A stretch of 64,000 nt of DNA from Blastocystis sp. Blastoise (GCA_039096225.1 JBBPEB010000021.1:620001-684000); one strand, 5' to 3'. Positions 33,085 to 59,370 are shown, counted from the stretch's first letter. The notes: generated by a model from the sequence alone, not told the origin. Program-made: numbers and translations.

Positions 33085-34143
33085 TATTAATGTTTATTGA
33101 ATATGTGTAGTTTTATTTTTTTTTCATTTTTTCTTTCTTTATATATATATTATTTTATAACTATTTTCTTCTGTATATTCCATATATATTGAATGATTTC
33201 TATATGATTGTAATAATGCTATCTTATTTATATACTAATTTCAATTCCAATTATTGTTATTATTGTAAAGAAATATGCTATATAGTTTTTATTTTTTTTT
33301 AATAATATAGCATATATATATATATTTGTGAGCATATATTTTTTTTCTCTTTGTTTAATATTTAGATATATATACACCATGTCGCATTATTTGAGTATTA
33401 TTCGAAGTTTTTTTGTTGCCTTTTTTTATTACTTTTTTTTAATACTTTTTATAACTTTTTTATAACTTTTATATCACTTTTTTTATCACCTTTTTTAATA
33501 CTTTTTTATTATTTTTTTTATTACCTTTTTTATTAGCTTTTTTATTACCTTTTTTATCACCTTTTTTATTATCTTTTTATTACTTTTTTTTATTACTTCG
33601 TCTGTTTCATAATCTTACTGTTATTATATCTATTTCTTTTCTCTATTTTATTTAAAATTTTATTTTTTTATAATATTTCATCGTTTTCTTATTTTCATAA
33701 AGTCTATGCTCATCTTTTTTATGCTTTATAATTCTTTTTCTTTATTATTTATGTATATTATTTTTATTTATCATTTACATAAGACTTCTCCTAATTATTT
33801 ATACTATTCATATTGAGTTGTATTTATGAAAATATTAAAATTTATTTTTATATTTAATAATAAAGAATAATAATGTGGTGATAATGTCAGTTACTAACAA
33901 CAACAAGATAAAAATGCATTATTGATTGAAATGAAGACAGGTACAAAGAGAAAGAGATATATATATTAATTATAAAACTAGCAAATAAAATAATGAAATT
34001 TGGATTCTTTATAGAATCACATAACACAGAGTATGATTACAATAAAAAGAATAAATATATATATATATAAAAGAATGAGAGAAGAGATATATTGTTAGAA
34101 TATCTTTATTTATATATCGATATCCTATATATATAGATCTTCT

Positions 34144-34554
34144 TTAATATTGATTTGAAGGAACAGCTCCAGGAACAGCACCATTATTATAAACTTGAGC
34201 AGTAGGAATATAATTATTATTATTATTATAAGGTTGAGCAACAGGATAATTATTATATGTTTGAGCCACAGGAATAGAAGAATTTATAGGTTGAGCAGTA
34301 GGATAAGATTGAGTAGCATAATTTGTAGGAGCAGGAGCAATAGTACCATTATTCATATTACTTTGAATTTGAGAAGAATCTATAGATTATGTAGATTATA
34401 GGTATAATTTATAATAATAATAATAATAATAATAAGAAGAATTTGGTTAATAATAATAGAATAATAATATATACTGGTAGCAGTAGGATGAAGTTTATTT
34501 CCATATTTATTCTTAAAAGAAGACTTGCAACAAGTACAAATAACAATAGCAATC

Positions 34555-34594
<40 letters not shown>

Positions 34595-35732
34595 TATATA
34601 AATAAATATAATAATAAAAATATATACAGCAACATAAGCAATAAGAATAATAGCCCCAATAATAAATAATACAACGCCAAGAACAGTTTGTTCAGTTTGT
34701 GATAAGCCAAAGCAACTGTTATCATTAGTAGATTTAGAAGAACAACCTCCAGTATAATAATCAGCAACTATATAAGCATCAGCACCATGACGAACCTATA
34801 TTATTATATATATATATATATAATAGTATATTAATAATTAATGAATAATAAATATATAATATATAATAAAAATAACTATTAAAAATAAATAATACATATA
34901 TATATATATATACTTCAATAACAACAGAACTACTAGCAGTACTAGAATAAGAAGCTACACCATAATTATTTGAATGATAACAACCAAAAGAAGATGAAGG
35001 TAAGAAAGAATAGACACTATATATTTATTATTATTTGCATTTTAATGTATAAAAGAAACAAGAATAAAAAAAAAATAAAAAAAAACAAAATAATATATAT
35101 ATATACGGAGATCTATCAAGATTATAAGAAGAACCAGATTTAGCAACACGAACAGAAAGTTTATTCAGATAATAAGTAACACGACAAACATTTCCTGAAA
35201 AAACACCTCCCTTATCTCTACATTTCTCAGTACATTTTGAAGAATCACTAGTACAACTTAATTGAGATTTAGTGTAAGTAGTAACTTGAGTTGATGAATA
35301 AGAACCATCATGAATGGTTTCACCTTGAGAATTAGAAACTGTAAGATGACCACCAAAGTAAAGAGTATTCACGCTATAATATAAAACTTTAGCAGATACG
35401 CATCCACCTTCAGGATCTCCACTTTTATCACAAGAATCACGAACAGGATAATATTTACCACTAGACCAAGTAATTTGATCCATTAATTGTCCATTAGCAG
35501 TGAATGATGTACGAGAGAAATCATCAACATAGCTAGTCCACTTAGGAGCATCTTCATTATAATTTTTAATATCAGTAACACGAGTGTTTTTACCGACCAT
35601 AAAGAGAAGTCCAAGAGCAATGAAAATAATAGGTAAGAACACCAAACAACAAATGCAACCGCAAACTTTAGAACAGCAAGATTCGTTGCCATCCTTACCT
35701 TTACCTTGACCTTTACCTTGACCTTTAGCCAT
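34144..35732 (-). CDS. Two-TM membrane protein with a Cys-containing luminal loop and a P/A/Q/Y-rich cytosolic tail
   Basis: Cys-rich TM1 (CCSKVCGCICCLVFLPIIFIALGLLF), TM2 VLGVVLFIIGAIILIAYVA|IAIVICTCC, tail with YPTAQ/PVAQ repeats; 4 GT-AG introns. Confidence 0.82.
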
Positions 35733-36685
35733 AGTTATATATTCAATAGAATGAAGAGAATAGAAATAAAATAAAATATATTTCTAAGGTGAATATTTCT
35801 TTTTGTAGACGTTTATTTTTTTAGTAAATTAAATGCATGTTTTGAATCTAAAATCGCAAGAGCATATATATTCTAAAAAAGGGGGTTGCTTCAGTTTATT
35901 CATGATTATTCATGATATCGAACTGTGTTATAAAAGATATTCGCGATTCTTCTCATTCACACCTTTTTTGGAATTCAGTTTTCTATACAGTAAAAAAACT
36001 GTAAATGTTGCTAGACAAAGAAAAATCAAAAACAAGATATTTATGGGGAATTTTGTTTTTCTACTGACACCATATACTCTGTTTATGGTAATTCTTTTTG
36101 AAAAGACACAATTTTGCTAGCAAATCTTTCTGGGAAAATTGATGACACATATTGTGATGAAGCAAAACGTTTGATATATAGATTTGGTGTAAATAACTTC
36201 CTATATATTCATATATATTCGAAGTGTGTAAACAATATCATTATGGCGTGCACTGTATATGAACAAAATGATTTAAAATTACAATATATGAATTTTGATG
36301 GTATCAATTGATAAACACCACGCAATATTAAGTAGTCAAAACAATTTTATAGAAACAATAGGATTTAGTAAATGCATATAAATCTATTTATTTCTGTATT
36401 TTAATGTGATTTGTTTTTAATTGGCTTTTTTCTTGAATAATAATAGTAGTAATTTATTATTTAAATATCTATAAAGTAAATCAATATGTTCATTTTTTAA
36501 TTCTTTATAGAAAAATTGTTAAATAGTGATTTTCTTTAAATGAACTAAACACGATATGAAGTATATTATATTATAAGCAATTACATAAAACATTATAGTC
36601 TATAAAGAATTAGCTATTAAAAAAGCATAAGATAAGCAAGTTAAATAACAAAAGAAATTAAATATATATTTTATGATTAAAAAAA

Positions 36686-38352
36686 TTACTTCCATGGATT
36701 AACAACCTATATAAATAATTATAATTATATTATAATTCTATAAATACATACTTTATGTTGAATCATGCCTAATTGTTCAATTACAATTTTAATAATATCA
36801 CCATTTTGTAAATAAGAAGGAGGAGAACGAACAAAACCAACACCCTATATAGATATATTATAGATTATTTAATAAATATACATATAATAGTGTATTATTA
36901 TTATTATGTATATAATAAATCATAAATAATAATATATATTTATATACTCCTGGAGTACCTGTAACAATGACTGTACCAGGAAGAAGAGTAGTATCTTGAG
37001 AAAGGAAAGAAATAAGAGAAGGAACATTAAAGATCATATCACTTGTATTACAATTCTATATATATATATAGAATATAATAATAATAATAATATAGATTAA
37101 AAGTAATCAATAATATAATAATAGTCTATGATATTTATTTATATTATGTTTAAAAATAAATAACATTATATATATATAAAATCTTAATAACATGATGATA
37201 AATAAACATGAATTATATATATATTAAAAAAATACTTGCATTTCTTTTCCATTTACAAATGTTTTTAATTGTAGAGCATTTGGACTCTGAATAGTGTCTC
37301 TCATGACGATTTGAGGGCCTAAGGGTGTAAATGTATCAAATGATTTAGAACGGCACCATTGGTTACTACCTTTCTTACCCTATATATATATATATAGATA
37401 TATATAGTATAAACTATACTTTCAATGATGAATTGTAAGATATATATATTATTATTAATAATCATAATAATAAAAATAAACATATAATAAACATAATAAT
37501 AACTATAGAATCATAATACCTGCCATCTTCTAGCAGAGACATCATCCGCGATACAATACCCTAATACATGCTTCATAGCATCTTCTTCCTTCACATTCTT
37601 ACAAGAATCACGAATAACTATAGCTAGCTCACCTTCAAAATCAGTCTATATACATATATATAAATAAATTCTTATAAAATAAATATATTATTATTATCAT
37701 AATATTTACAATATATATATACTTCATCCTTAGCACATGCACATTTAGGAATAATAACGTCATCAAATGGATTATTAAGAGAATTTATTGTTTTTATAAA
37801 TACAGCTATATATATAAAGTAATCAAAAAAACATTAATATAAATAATACCAGGATATTTAGGAACAGGTAATTTAGCTTCCTATAATAATATTTAAATAA
37901 TATATTTATAAATTATTAACTATATAAAATATAGAATACTTCAGCATGTTGTTTATAATTCAAACCAATAGCAATTATTTGTGGAGCTTCAATTGGATAA
38001 AGAAGTTCTTTTGCTATATCTATTTTATCTGTAACAACTGGATTCTTTAATATATCTCCTTCAATTACACGAGCTTTACACTATAGTTTTAAATATAAAA
38101 TAACTTGTTTTATAAATAAAGAATAAATTATGAAAAGAACATACTCCAACAACAGCATCTCCTTCAGGTTGTCCAAATAAGATTTGGCCATCTCCATTCT
38201 TAAAACGAATAAAACTACGTGGAGCAGTAGAAAAAAGAACCTTTATATAGAGTGACATGTAAGAAAATATTTAAAAAATGTAATACAGCTTGATGAATAG
38301 ATGATCCAAGGGTTCTAGATAAATTAAAAGTACTTTTTAATAATGATTGCAT
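36686..38352 (-). CDS. FAHD2: Fumarylacetoacetate hydrolase domain protein (FAHD2-like) with a mitochondrial/MRO-type presequence
   Basis: [65 protein letters not shown]|GVG. The N-terminus [15 protein letters not shown] lacks acidic residues. 9 GT-AG introns. Confidence 0.93.
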
Positions 38353-39059
38353 AGGTTAAATGGTAGAAACAAAACTTTATGAAAACAAACAAAAAACAAT
38401 ATCTATGAATCTGAAGAAACAATCTTTCTCCTGAGATTCTCCAAATAACCGCGAAGAAAAGTCAGTTTTCGTTTCACATTCAATACTGTTTTTAATAAAG
38501 CTGAAGAGTTTTATTTGATATACTAATGAATATATATGTATGTAAAAGACATTCAGATATCTAAATGATAAGTTTAATGAAATATAATCAATGTTTTGTG
38601 TTAATTCCATCGTTAGACTTTATGAAAAACTGTATTTTATTAATGACAATGTATTATGTGAGTGTATCTAAATTTACCAGATACATAATTATATGAAAAA
38701 CCAAAAATAAGATAATCATTTGATGAGTCTAATAATCTATAAGTCAGATATATATTACATATTATAAAGAATGCAACTTTATATGCAATCAATATTTTTA
38801 TTTAGTTTTAACAAGTTGTTTATGGGTAATACCAAATATTAAAATTTTATTTTTTCTAAATTATCAAATTTTGTTCACTCATTTTTAAAATATGTTGTTT
38901 TTCTTAAACAACTATATTGCATTTTTTAAAATTTAACATACACATTTATATATGAACATGAATATTGAAATGAATTTATTACAAAAAAAAATATATAACA
39001 AAACATTTTAATTAAGTTTGGAAACTTATATCTCTACGACAATTAAAACAACAAGGAGT

Positions 39060-40251
39060 TTAATGAAGAGCAGGGAAATCCTTTTCACTGTTGACATTAG
39101 CAGCCTTTTGGTATTTACGATCCTTGTGATAGTTATTGTAAGTACGACCAAAAGTGAATTTAATAGCGTCGTTAGCAGCATATAAATAATAATAATAATA
39201 ATATATATAATGAATATATAAACAGTTTTCAATGAAGAAAATATATAAATGAATATATAAACAGTTTTAAATAAATAAAATATATAAATAAATATGTGCA
39301 ACAAATTCTTCTTTCTTTTCCTTAGGAGCAACCTTAGCAGTCTTCTTGGTCTTCTTTTCAGTGGTGAATATATAATATACAATAGAATCAAATTTTAATT
39401 ATTTTCTTCATAAATTATAAATATATTATATATAACATACGAAATAGACTTCTTCTTCCTTGACAAGTTTCTTACCTTCAGGAGCATCAGCCTTTCTGAC
39501 TTCAACAGGCTTGAAGGCTTCGTTTTCCATTAACTTAGCAGCTTGCATTTCCTTGAATTCAGCAAGAGTGTAAACAACAGATAATATATATATTTATATA
39601 TAGTAAATATATATAGATCAATAATAATTGTAAAAAAATATTTGAATAATAATAATATATACAGGTTCAGGTTCAGCGGGAACAACAGGTTCTTCAGGAG
39701 CATCAACGGGAGTGTTTTCAATAGGAGCAGTTTCGTTCTTTATAGATATATATATATTATTGAATAGAAACATAATATAATAAAAAAAACATTGATAACA
39801 CCAAACTAATATAAATAAACATAATATGCAGCAAAAATAAAATGAAAATCTTTAATTCTTCATTGGCATTCTTAACGTTACCCCAGTTGTGAGCACCAGA
39901 GCCGTTCTTAGAGTTTTCACGACTATATATTTATGGAATAAAATTAGTATAGAACATTATATAGAAATAAATTTAAAAAAATACCCTCTACCAGTACCAC
40001 TATGACGATCAAATTGACGACCACGACGAGGAGCGAAATCCTTCTATATTTAATTATGTAAAATATATACACTCATCCGTAAATAGAAAATAAAGCAAAA
40101 ATAATAACAATACATCCTTCTTTTCATGAGCATCACGACGAACCTTGTCCTTCTTTTCAGTCTTAGCAACGGGAGCTTCGACTTTCTTGGGAGCGGGGGC
40201 GGGAGCAGGAGCTTCAACTTCTTCAGCTAAAGAGGCAAAACGGTTAACCAT
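39060..40251 (-). CDS. SERBP1: SERBP1/Stm1/HABP4-family mRNA- and ribosome-binding protein
   Basis: MVNRFASL, RQFDRHSGTGR, KNGSGAHNWG, YTLAEF, C-terminal DFPAL. C-ending codons suggest high expression. Introns 3-6 have non-canonical termini. Confidence 0.9.
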
Positions 40252-41198
40252 GGATAAAAATAAATTGTAATTGTTGCACAACAGTTCTTTTAAATAGTAA
40301 TTTATATGAAATTAATTAATTTCAAACAAATCTAATGAATATATACGGTGACTAATAATCAAGTACCAAACTTAAATAAGATTATAATAATCTATAAAAA
40401 AAGGCGTGGTTTCTGAGAAAAAATTCACCAAACATTGACATATCTGTTTGGAAATTATAGTTTTCTCACCTCATCTCCAAATTCTATATATAGAATCGCA
40501 ATACAGAAGATTCTGAGGTGTTTTCTACAGTAGAAAAATGCATAGAAATTTGGTAAATTGTTATGACTGATGTCGAAAGAGACCAATCCCCGTTATTATT
40601 TCAATTTTGTTCCTAGTTTTCAAATTATTTTTAAGAGAGAAATGAAGAGACTTTCTTTTTATATAAATTTTCATCTATTAGATCTGTAGGTTCTTTGATT
40701 CTTAGTGATTATGATATATTTCTCTACAATCAATTAAATATAGACAAAAACAGCAGATTTCTGGCCCATTTTGATGATCGATGACGTTAATATGTTTTTT
40801 TTTTAATTTTAATATTTTTTTTTTTATATATCAAATTGCTTGAAAAGTGAATTTTGCCATTTTTCATTTTAGAAAGTGTGACATGTTTTGATGATGAAAG
40901 TTTTTTTCAATAGAAAAGGACTAAATATGTATAAAAAAGTGTATTATGAGTTGTAATAATGTGATTAGAATAGGTTATGCTTCAAAGGACTGAGAAATAA
41001 AAGCAATGTGGTGTATATTTTGAAATCGTGTCTACAATGAACAAAACAACAGAACACAAAAAAACAAATAAACATAATAGAAAAGAAACAAAAGATATGA
41101 TTGAATCCAATAAAAAAGAAAATATAAAAATACTTGTGTAGGAAATAATAATTCAATTATATCATACAAATAAAAAAATAATTAGATATTATTATTAT

Positions 41199-43480
<2,282 letters not shown>

Positions 43481-44032
43481 AGTTCTTCAATAATTAATAA
43501 ATAATATATTTTTATTTTTTTTTCTCTTTCTCACCACTTCTTCAAATACTTGTGGTTATTTATGAAAAATGACTCAAATTCCAAATTATTTTTTTTTGTG
43601 ACTTTTTCTAACTTGGAATAATTTGTTGTCATGTACTCTTTCTGTATAAAGATGTATTGTTTATTTTAATTTTTTCATTTTTTAAGTCTTTTCTTTTTTA
43701 TTTATAGCTATTATATTCGTATTTATTTCATTTATAACATAAATCAACACATTTGATATTAATTATACTTTATATTCATAATTAATTCAACTAACATCAA
43801 TTATATATAAGAAAATGTTCTTAGTCTTTCTAAACACAAAAACATATCTTGCAAAATAGAAAGAAACAAAAAATTATGGGCAAAATAATATAATTCCCAC
43901 GGTTATCACAAGTATCCTGGGATAAGTCGAGATGCCATTTCTATAAATGAAAATCTTTTTATTCTAATTGTAAAGCGTTTCATCAAACCTTTTCATTAAA
44001 TATAGTAACACTATTTATATTTAAGGATAGGA

Positions 44033-49001
<4,969 letters not shown>

Positions 49002-49717
49002 TAATGCATTTAATTATTATATTCTATATTTTTCTTTCTTTCTCTGTTGTTTGATATATATATATTTTTTTTTTCAGATTATTTCATTTGCTCTTTATTT
49101 ATTTTTACAATTAAAGCTATATAATTTTATATATTGTACATATATTAATTTGTTTATTATATATACTCAAAAATGATATTATAAAAAGAATTCCATGTTT
49201 TTTGCTATATCGAATTATCAAATGGGCAATTATCATTTGAAAAACATGAAATGAAAACATTTTTATTATTCTCAGAAGAGAAACGACTGTATCTTTTCTT
49301 ATAGCGTATAGACATTAAATTCACAGTGTTCATAAACTGTTTAAATCACAAAAGAATAATGTAATCCGATTGATTTGTACTAATAACTATTAAATAATAT
49401 ATTAGATAAGTTATCCGTTTTTCTATACTATGAATAATGCTATTTATACATGTAAGCAATAATCATGTAAAATAATCTATAACTTCACTTAGAAAATACC
49501 AATATCATCAGGAACATCCATTATTGTATATCAATGAAATCATATTTAAACTTCAAAATGTTAGTTATGAATTTATTTAAACTAATCTCAAAAAAAGAGA
49601 AAAATAGATAAAATGTCGATTATTTTAAAATTTCCCTTTGATAATAGAAAAATTCACGAATTATTAGCAATTATTTTAATTTATATATATCTTGTATAAT
49701 ACTGACTTTTCCATACA

Positions 49718-53120
<3,403 letters not shown>

Positions 53121-53768
53121 TAATTATTATACTATAATATATAATCATCATTGTCTTCCTTTCTTTTATATCTTCGTCTATCTATTTTATTGGTATAGAT
53201 AATATATATATATATACAACATATTTATTTATTATTTGTTAGTATTCAAGAAATTGTTTATTTATTTATTTATTTATTAATATGTTATTATTATACAATG
53301 AACACATACTCGCTTTATTATGCAGACTAAGATTTGAAATATACATTATAGACAAGTATAATTGAAATATGAATATACCAACTTTTATAATATAAATAAA
53401 AAGTGAATTAACAGTAAAAAGATGGTGAAAAGAATAAATAACAACAAAATATTAGATTTAAAAAATGAAGTGTTTATATATATGATGTTTTTATTTATAC
53501 ACACAATTACTGACTAAATAATGTCATTATGTGTTTGTAGTTTAAACATAATATAATATATATTTATATGTTGAACATATATATATATATATATATAAAT
53601 TATATAATGTTTACAAAAATGTTTATGTTAGATTTGAAATAGTGTAAAAAAAAGATAGAATAACGTCTTTAAAATAAATATAAATAGCAACCAACTTGTC
53701 ACTATAACAAAAACAACATGTGAATAAAAAAATAGACAATATATAAACTTTTTTATAGCAATAATATG

Positions 53769-53803
<35 letters not shown>

Positions 53804-55409
53804 AATCACAACAGTAATATATAGATAAAAAGAAAAGATAATATAAAAAAATATTTGAAAGAAATGGCATGTAGAAAGTATTATATATATATATAACAAT
53901 AATAAAATAATAATAATAAAGAATAGAAAAATAGCAAAGATCGACTTTTAGATGTATATATACAGGTAGAAAGAAATAAAATAATAGGAATGGAGAAATA
54001 TAAATATGAATATTATATATATATATATAATAAGGACTAAAGGGAAAGCAGAAAATAATGCAAAAAGAAGCAGGGTACAGATATATATATATAAAGATTG
54101 ATAAAAGAATAAGGTAAATTATAAAAAACGATATAAATATTAATAAAATTTATAAAAAAAAAAGTTTAAATAAATATCAATTGAAATATTTAAAAAAATG
54201 ATTAAAAAAAAAGAAATTATATATTATTTAAAAATACATAAGTATTTAAATCTTGAAAATGAAAATAATAAACTGAAATGACAAATTAACAATTTAATAA
54301 AAAAAATAGAATTCACAATTGTATATATATAATTAGATAAAAAAAAACAGAAAAAATATATATAAATATAAAAAAATATATAAATATAAATATATTCATA
54401 ATTGCAAAAAGAGATTGAAATCAAAAACAATATATAATAATATTAAAAAACATATTATAACAATTAATTGATTTTGATATATATATACAATTATATACGT
54501 TAAAATAAAAACGAATGCATTATATATATAATAGTATAGTTACAAAAAATAAATTATCATTTGAAAATGATTAAAAATTCAAATATATATATATACAAAC
54601 AAAAATATATATATATATAATGAAAGAATTTAAAAAAAAATGAAATCGAATAAATAACGAAAAATCATATATATATATATACTCTAATATGATACATAAA
54701 AATGTAAAAAAAATATTTAACAACAATCATATATATATATATATAGAATAGAGTTGTAAAAACAACAATTAAAAAAAAACAGTTGAAAAAAGAAAAATGA
54801 AAAAAAAAATAGTATAATATATATATGTAGAACTATCATTTTCAAGCAAAATAAAAACTCAAATATATCAATAAAAAAAATAAAGAAAACATTTAAATAT
54901 ATATATACATATATATATATAGTCCTTATGAAAAAAATAAGTATAAAAATCATAAGATAATACAGTATATACAAGCATATATATAGGCATATAAATATAT
55001 GTTATAAAAAATTACAAAAAAATTGATTCAAATGATTTTATTAGTAAAAACAATAGAAAACATGGAGAAAATATTGTAAAACCATATATATACATATATA
55101 TAGTAATATATATATATATATATATATATAGAACACATGTAATATATTTGAGTAGGAAAAACATATATTAATAGAAATCAATATATATATATAGAAAACT
55201 TTAAAAACTTGTTATGAAAATAAAACGTAAAAATTGAAAAAAAACAAATGAATTAGAAATAAAATACTTCTAGTATATACAGTAAAAAACATATATATTC
55301 TTATATATATATTATATATAAAGAATATATAATAATGTAAGAGAAATAAAAGTTTCATTATTAGTTATAAACATATATAAATAATAATAATCGAATATAA
55401 TAATAATAT

Positions 55410-55588
55410 TTATTCAGGGATGTAAGAAATAGACACAGGTGATTGTAAGGGCATCAGAGGATGAGAAGGATATATAGGTAAAGATTGATTTGGCGGGAGA
55501 ATATGGAGGGAAGAAGGAATAGATGGTGGTAAAGGAAGAAGATAAGAATATTCATAGGATGATGAATGTATATTATTATTATTATTAA

Positions 55589-55645
<57 letters not shown>

Positions 55646-57642
55646 CTGAGATATTATTAATATTATTATTATTATTATAATTAGGAGTAACGTTCACAAT
55701 TATATTATTATTAATGTTATTATTATCATTATTATTGTTAATAACAGTGACAACAGTATTATTATTATTAATAATAGATTTTTTATACTTATCATTATTA
55801 TCCATATTATTATTAATAATTAAATGATTATGATTAAATAAAGAGATAAATTCACTGTTATTATATATAGAAGAAGAAGAAGAATGTGACTGTATTTTGG
55901 TATATACAGGTGACATATGCTTCTTATAAATAGTTTTAGAATGTAAATTAGATATAATCTGATTATTCTTCAATTTATTAGGAGAAGATAAAGATGAAGA
56001 GTATAGATTATAATCACGGGAATTATTGAGATTTAAAGGGGATAGAGAAATATCTAGAGGTAACGACAGATCGTTAAATGAAAAAGAACTTCTTTTAGAA
56101 GAAGAATCTGTTTCAATAAATGTATTATCAGAGTTATTATTAGAGTTATTTGTTGGAGTTCTATTGGTATAATCAATAGATAAATCGTAATTATTATTTA
56201 TTTGAATAATAGTATCATTAATATTACTATTAGTTATTTTAGGAGTATTATATAAGGGAGGAGAAGTAATAGAATTTAAAGGGATTACTGCAACTATAGG
56301 AGAGAAAGAAGAGATATTTAGAGTAGATATACATGGATCTATAGTTTTAGTATGGGTAGTAATATCAATATTATTATTCATAGTAATATTATTATTATTA
56401 TTATTATTATTTATTTTATTATTATTATTTCGTTTATTTACATTATTATTAATATTATTATTTCTACTATTTACATTATTGTTAATATTAACATTATGAT
56501 GAGTAGAAATAGAAGGGAATGAATTAAAAAACATTGAAGATTCATAACAAGAAGAAGAAGATGATGAATTTATATAGTTATTCGATTGAAACGATTGATG
56601 AAATAATAATGGAGATAATGAAATAGAATCAGTATTATTAGTATTATATTTCTTAGGTATTAAGTTATTGACTATATTATGATTTGGATTTATATATATA
56701 TTTACAGGATTTGATGGAGATATCATAGAAGAATGTATAGAAGATTCTTTAGAAGAAGTATATAGTTCTGAGCAAGGAGATTGAATTGATGGTATATAAT
56801 GTTTTGTAACAATAGAAGGTGATATATCAATTGAATTACTTGAAATATCATTTGAAATATCATTTGAAATATCATTTGAATTACTTGAAATATCAATTGA
56901 AATATTACTTGAAATATCATTTGAAATATCATTTGAAATATTACTTGAAATATCATTTGAAATATTATTAGAAATATTATTAGAAATATTATGAGAATCA
57001 CTAGATTCACGGGAATTTGAATAAATCGGAGAGGGTGTTGCTATTGATATATTATCGAAAGATGAAGAAGAAGAAATAAATGATTTATTTCGATTACATA
57101 AAGATGAATCTATATATATATAAGTTGTAGAAAACAATAATTATATATAATAGAGTAATAGATGATAATACAATATATATTATTATTATTATTATTTATA
57201 TAAATATACTTAAAAAATCATCATTAATAATATTTGTATAATTAGTTCGTAGATATTCTTGTTTATTTTGAATATATATAAATAAAGGGGATTCAATATA
57301 CATAGAAAGAAGTGCGGTAATCGAAGGGCGGGAATCTTCTGACCATTGAAAAATAATCGTGAATATTGACACGAAAAATGATATTTTAGATTCTAATTCC
57401 TATATATATGTATAATTATTAATATATATATATATATACAGGGTTATCAAGATAATAATTTTGGAAATAGCTGTGAACAGTGTTTGAAATAGATTTAGAA
57501 TTCGGCTGAATCGTAGAATTCTAATAGAATATAATAATATAATTATTAAATATAATATATATATACTTTTAATAAATAATTCTTAGTACCATTCGTATTA
57601 ATTTCACAATTGAAATAAACCATACACTCTGGATGTGACTAT

Positions 57643-57689
<47 letters not shown>

Positions 57690-59370
57690 TTCAATAAATG
57701 ATGTAGAAGGTATTCCAAGGTATTGTATATATATATAGAAATATTCTTCTTTAGATCCAGAAATAGGAAACAAGGGAACTCCTATCAATAATTGATACTA
57801 TATATACATATATAATAAATAAATAATAAAAAAAATATATAATGAATATAAAAAAAAATAAAACAAAAAAAAATAAGAATAAAATAATAAAATAAAACAA
57901 AAATAAAACATTAAATAAACTATTAATACATATATATACAAGTATGCATCCTAGACTCCAGATATCAAATTTTTCATTAATACTATTTGTAAATAATGTT
58001 TCAGGTGGACAATTATTATTATATATAAATGAGTCATCTAAAATAGGGACAATACAATTGATATTAGTATATATAGAAGTTAGACTTAATAGTTGTAATG
58101 ATAAATTATATTGATTCTTTATAAGTAAATGCTCTAATGATAACACAGAATATACACAATTACTATTATGAAGAGAATAAAAAATATCTAATAACTATAT
58201 ATAGATAAGCATTAATAAATAATAACATAGAATACAATATATTTTTATTTTAAAAAAATAATACTATTAAATATATATATATATATATATACCTGTGAAT
58301 AAATATATAAAACAAGGTCTTCATGAATACCGCGGTTATTATTAGAAACAATAAGTTCATTTAATGTCATATACAGCTTTTCATACACAATACACACGAA
58401 TGAATGATATTCAAATATGTAAGACATGTTAAAGAATATATATATGTTATTATTATATATAATATAATAAAATAGAATAAATTGAATAAGAAATAGAATA
58501 AGAAATTGAATAATAAATAGAATAAGAAATTGAATAATAAATAGAATAATAAATAGAATAATAAATAGAATAATATATAGAATAATACTATATTCAAAGG
58601 ATATATCAATATACTGTATAAAATAATGTTCACAGAATGGTTGTTGTGGAGATAATACTTCGTTTAATTTAGATACATAGGATTCCTATATATATATAAT
58701 AATCATTTTTATTATTATTATTATGATAATAATAATAAAGATAATAAAAAAAAAAATAATAATAATACAATAAAATAGCAATAATAATATATATACAGAT
58801 CCTAAAAAAGATTCTTTCCTTTTTGGTACTTTAATAATAACTTGAATATTAAATTGATCATCAAAAGCAGAATAAAAAACACTGTGATCCGTCTATATAT
58901 ATAAATATATATAAATATTTATAAATATATATAAATATTTATACATATAAATACATAAAAATACATAAAAATACATAAAAATACATATAAATAGCATCCT
59001 ATTTAAAAAAATAATAATAAATCAATAAACAAAAAAAGAAACATAATAAATGAATACTTTTTTAATTAAAGAATGAATTTGATATCTATCGAAAAGAATT
59101 TGTCGAGACTCAAAATGACAAAAACCTTCTTGTTCTAAATTTCTATGTAATATCGAAAGATTAAAAAAATAGGAATAATAAGCTCAGCTATATACTTATA
59201 AAAATCTTGTTGTGGTTCATTGTTTGAAGAACATAAAAAAATCTAGTACAATGAATTATGATATAAATGGTAAATACATCGTTTGTGTTTGAGTTACTAT
59301 GAACTGAGGTATCATTAGAACCAATCGTAGGCATTTCATAAAGCCAATCATTTTGAAACTGAGACAACAT
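55410..59370 (-). CDS. DYRK/CMGC-like pseudokinase with a roughly 570-aa Asn/Ser-rich tail
   Basis: DRYQIHSLI, VIIK, IFEYHSFVCIVYEKL, PPE, KFDIWSLGCIL, PLFP. The Gly loop, HxD and DFG are all replaced. Confidence 0.8.
58419..58604 (-). other. U12-type AT-AC intron (186 nt, phase 0) in the DYRK-like gene
   Basis: 5' ATATCCTT, branch TTCTTTAAC, 3' TTAC; joins FIQYID|IFEYHSFVC. Confidence 0.93.
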
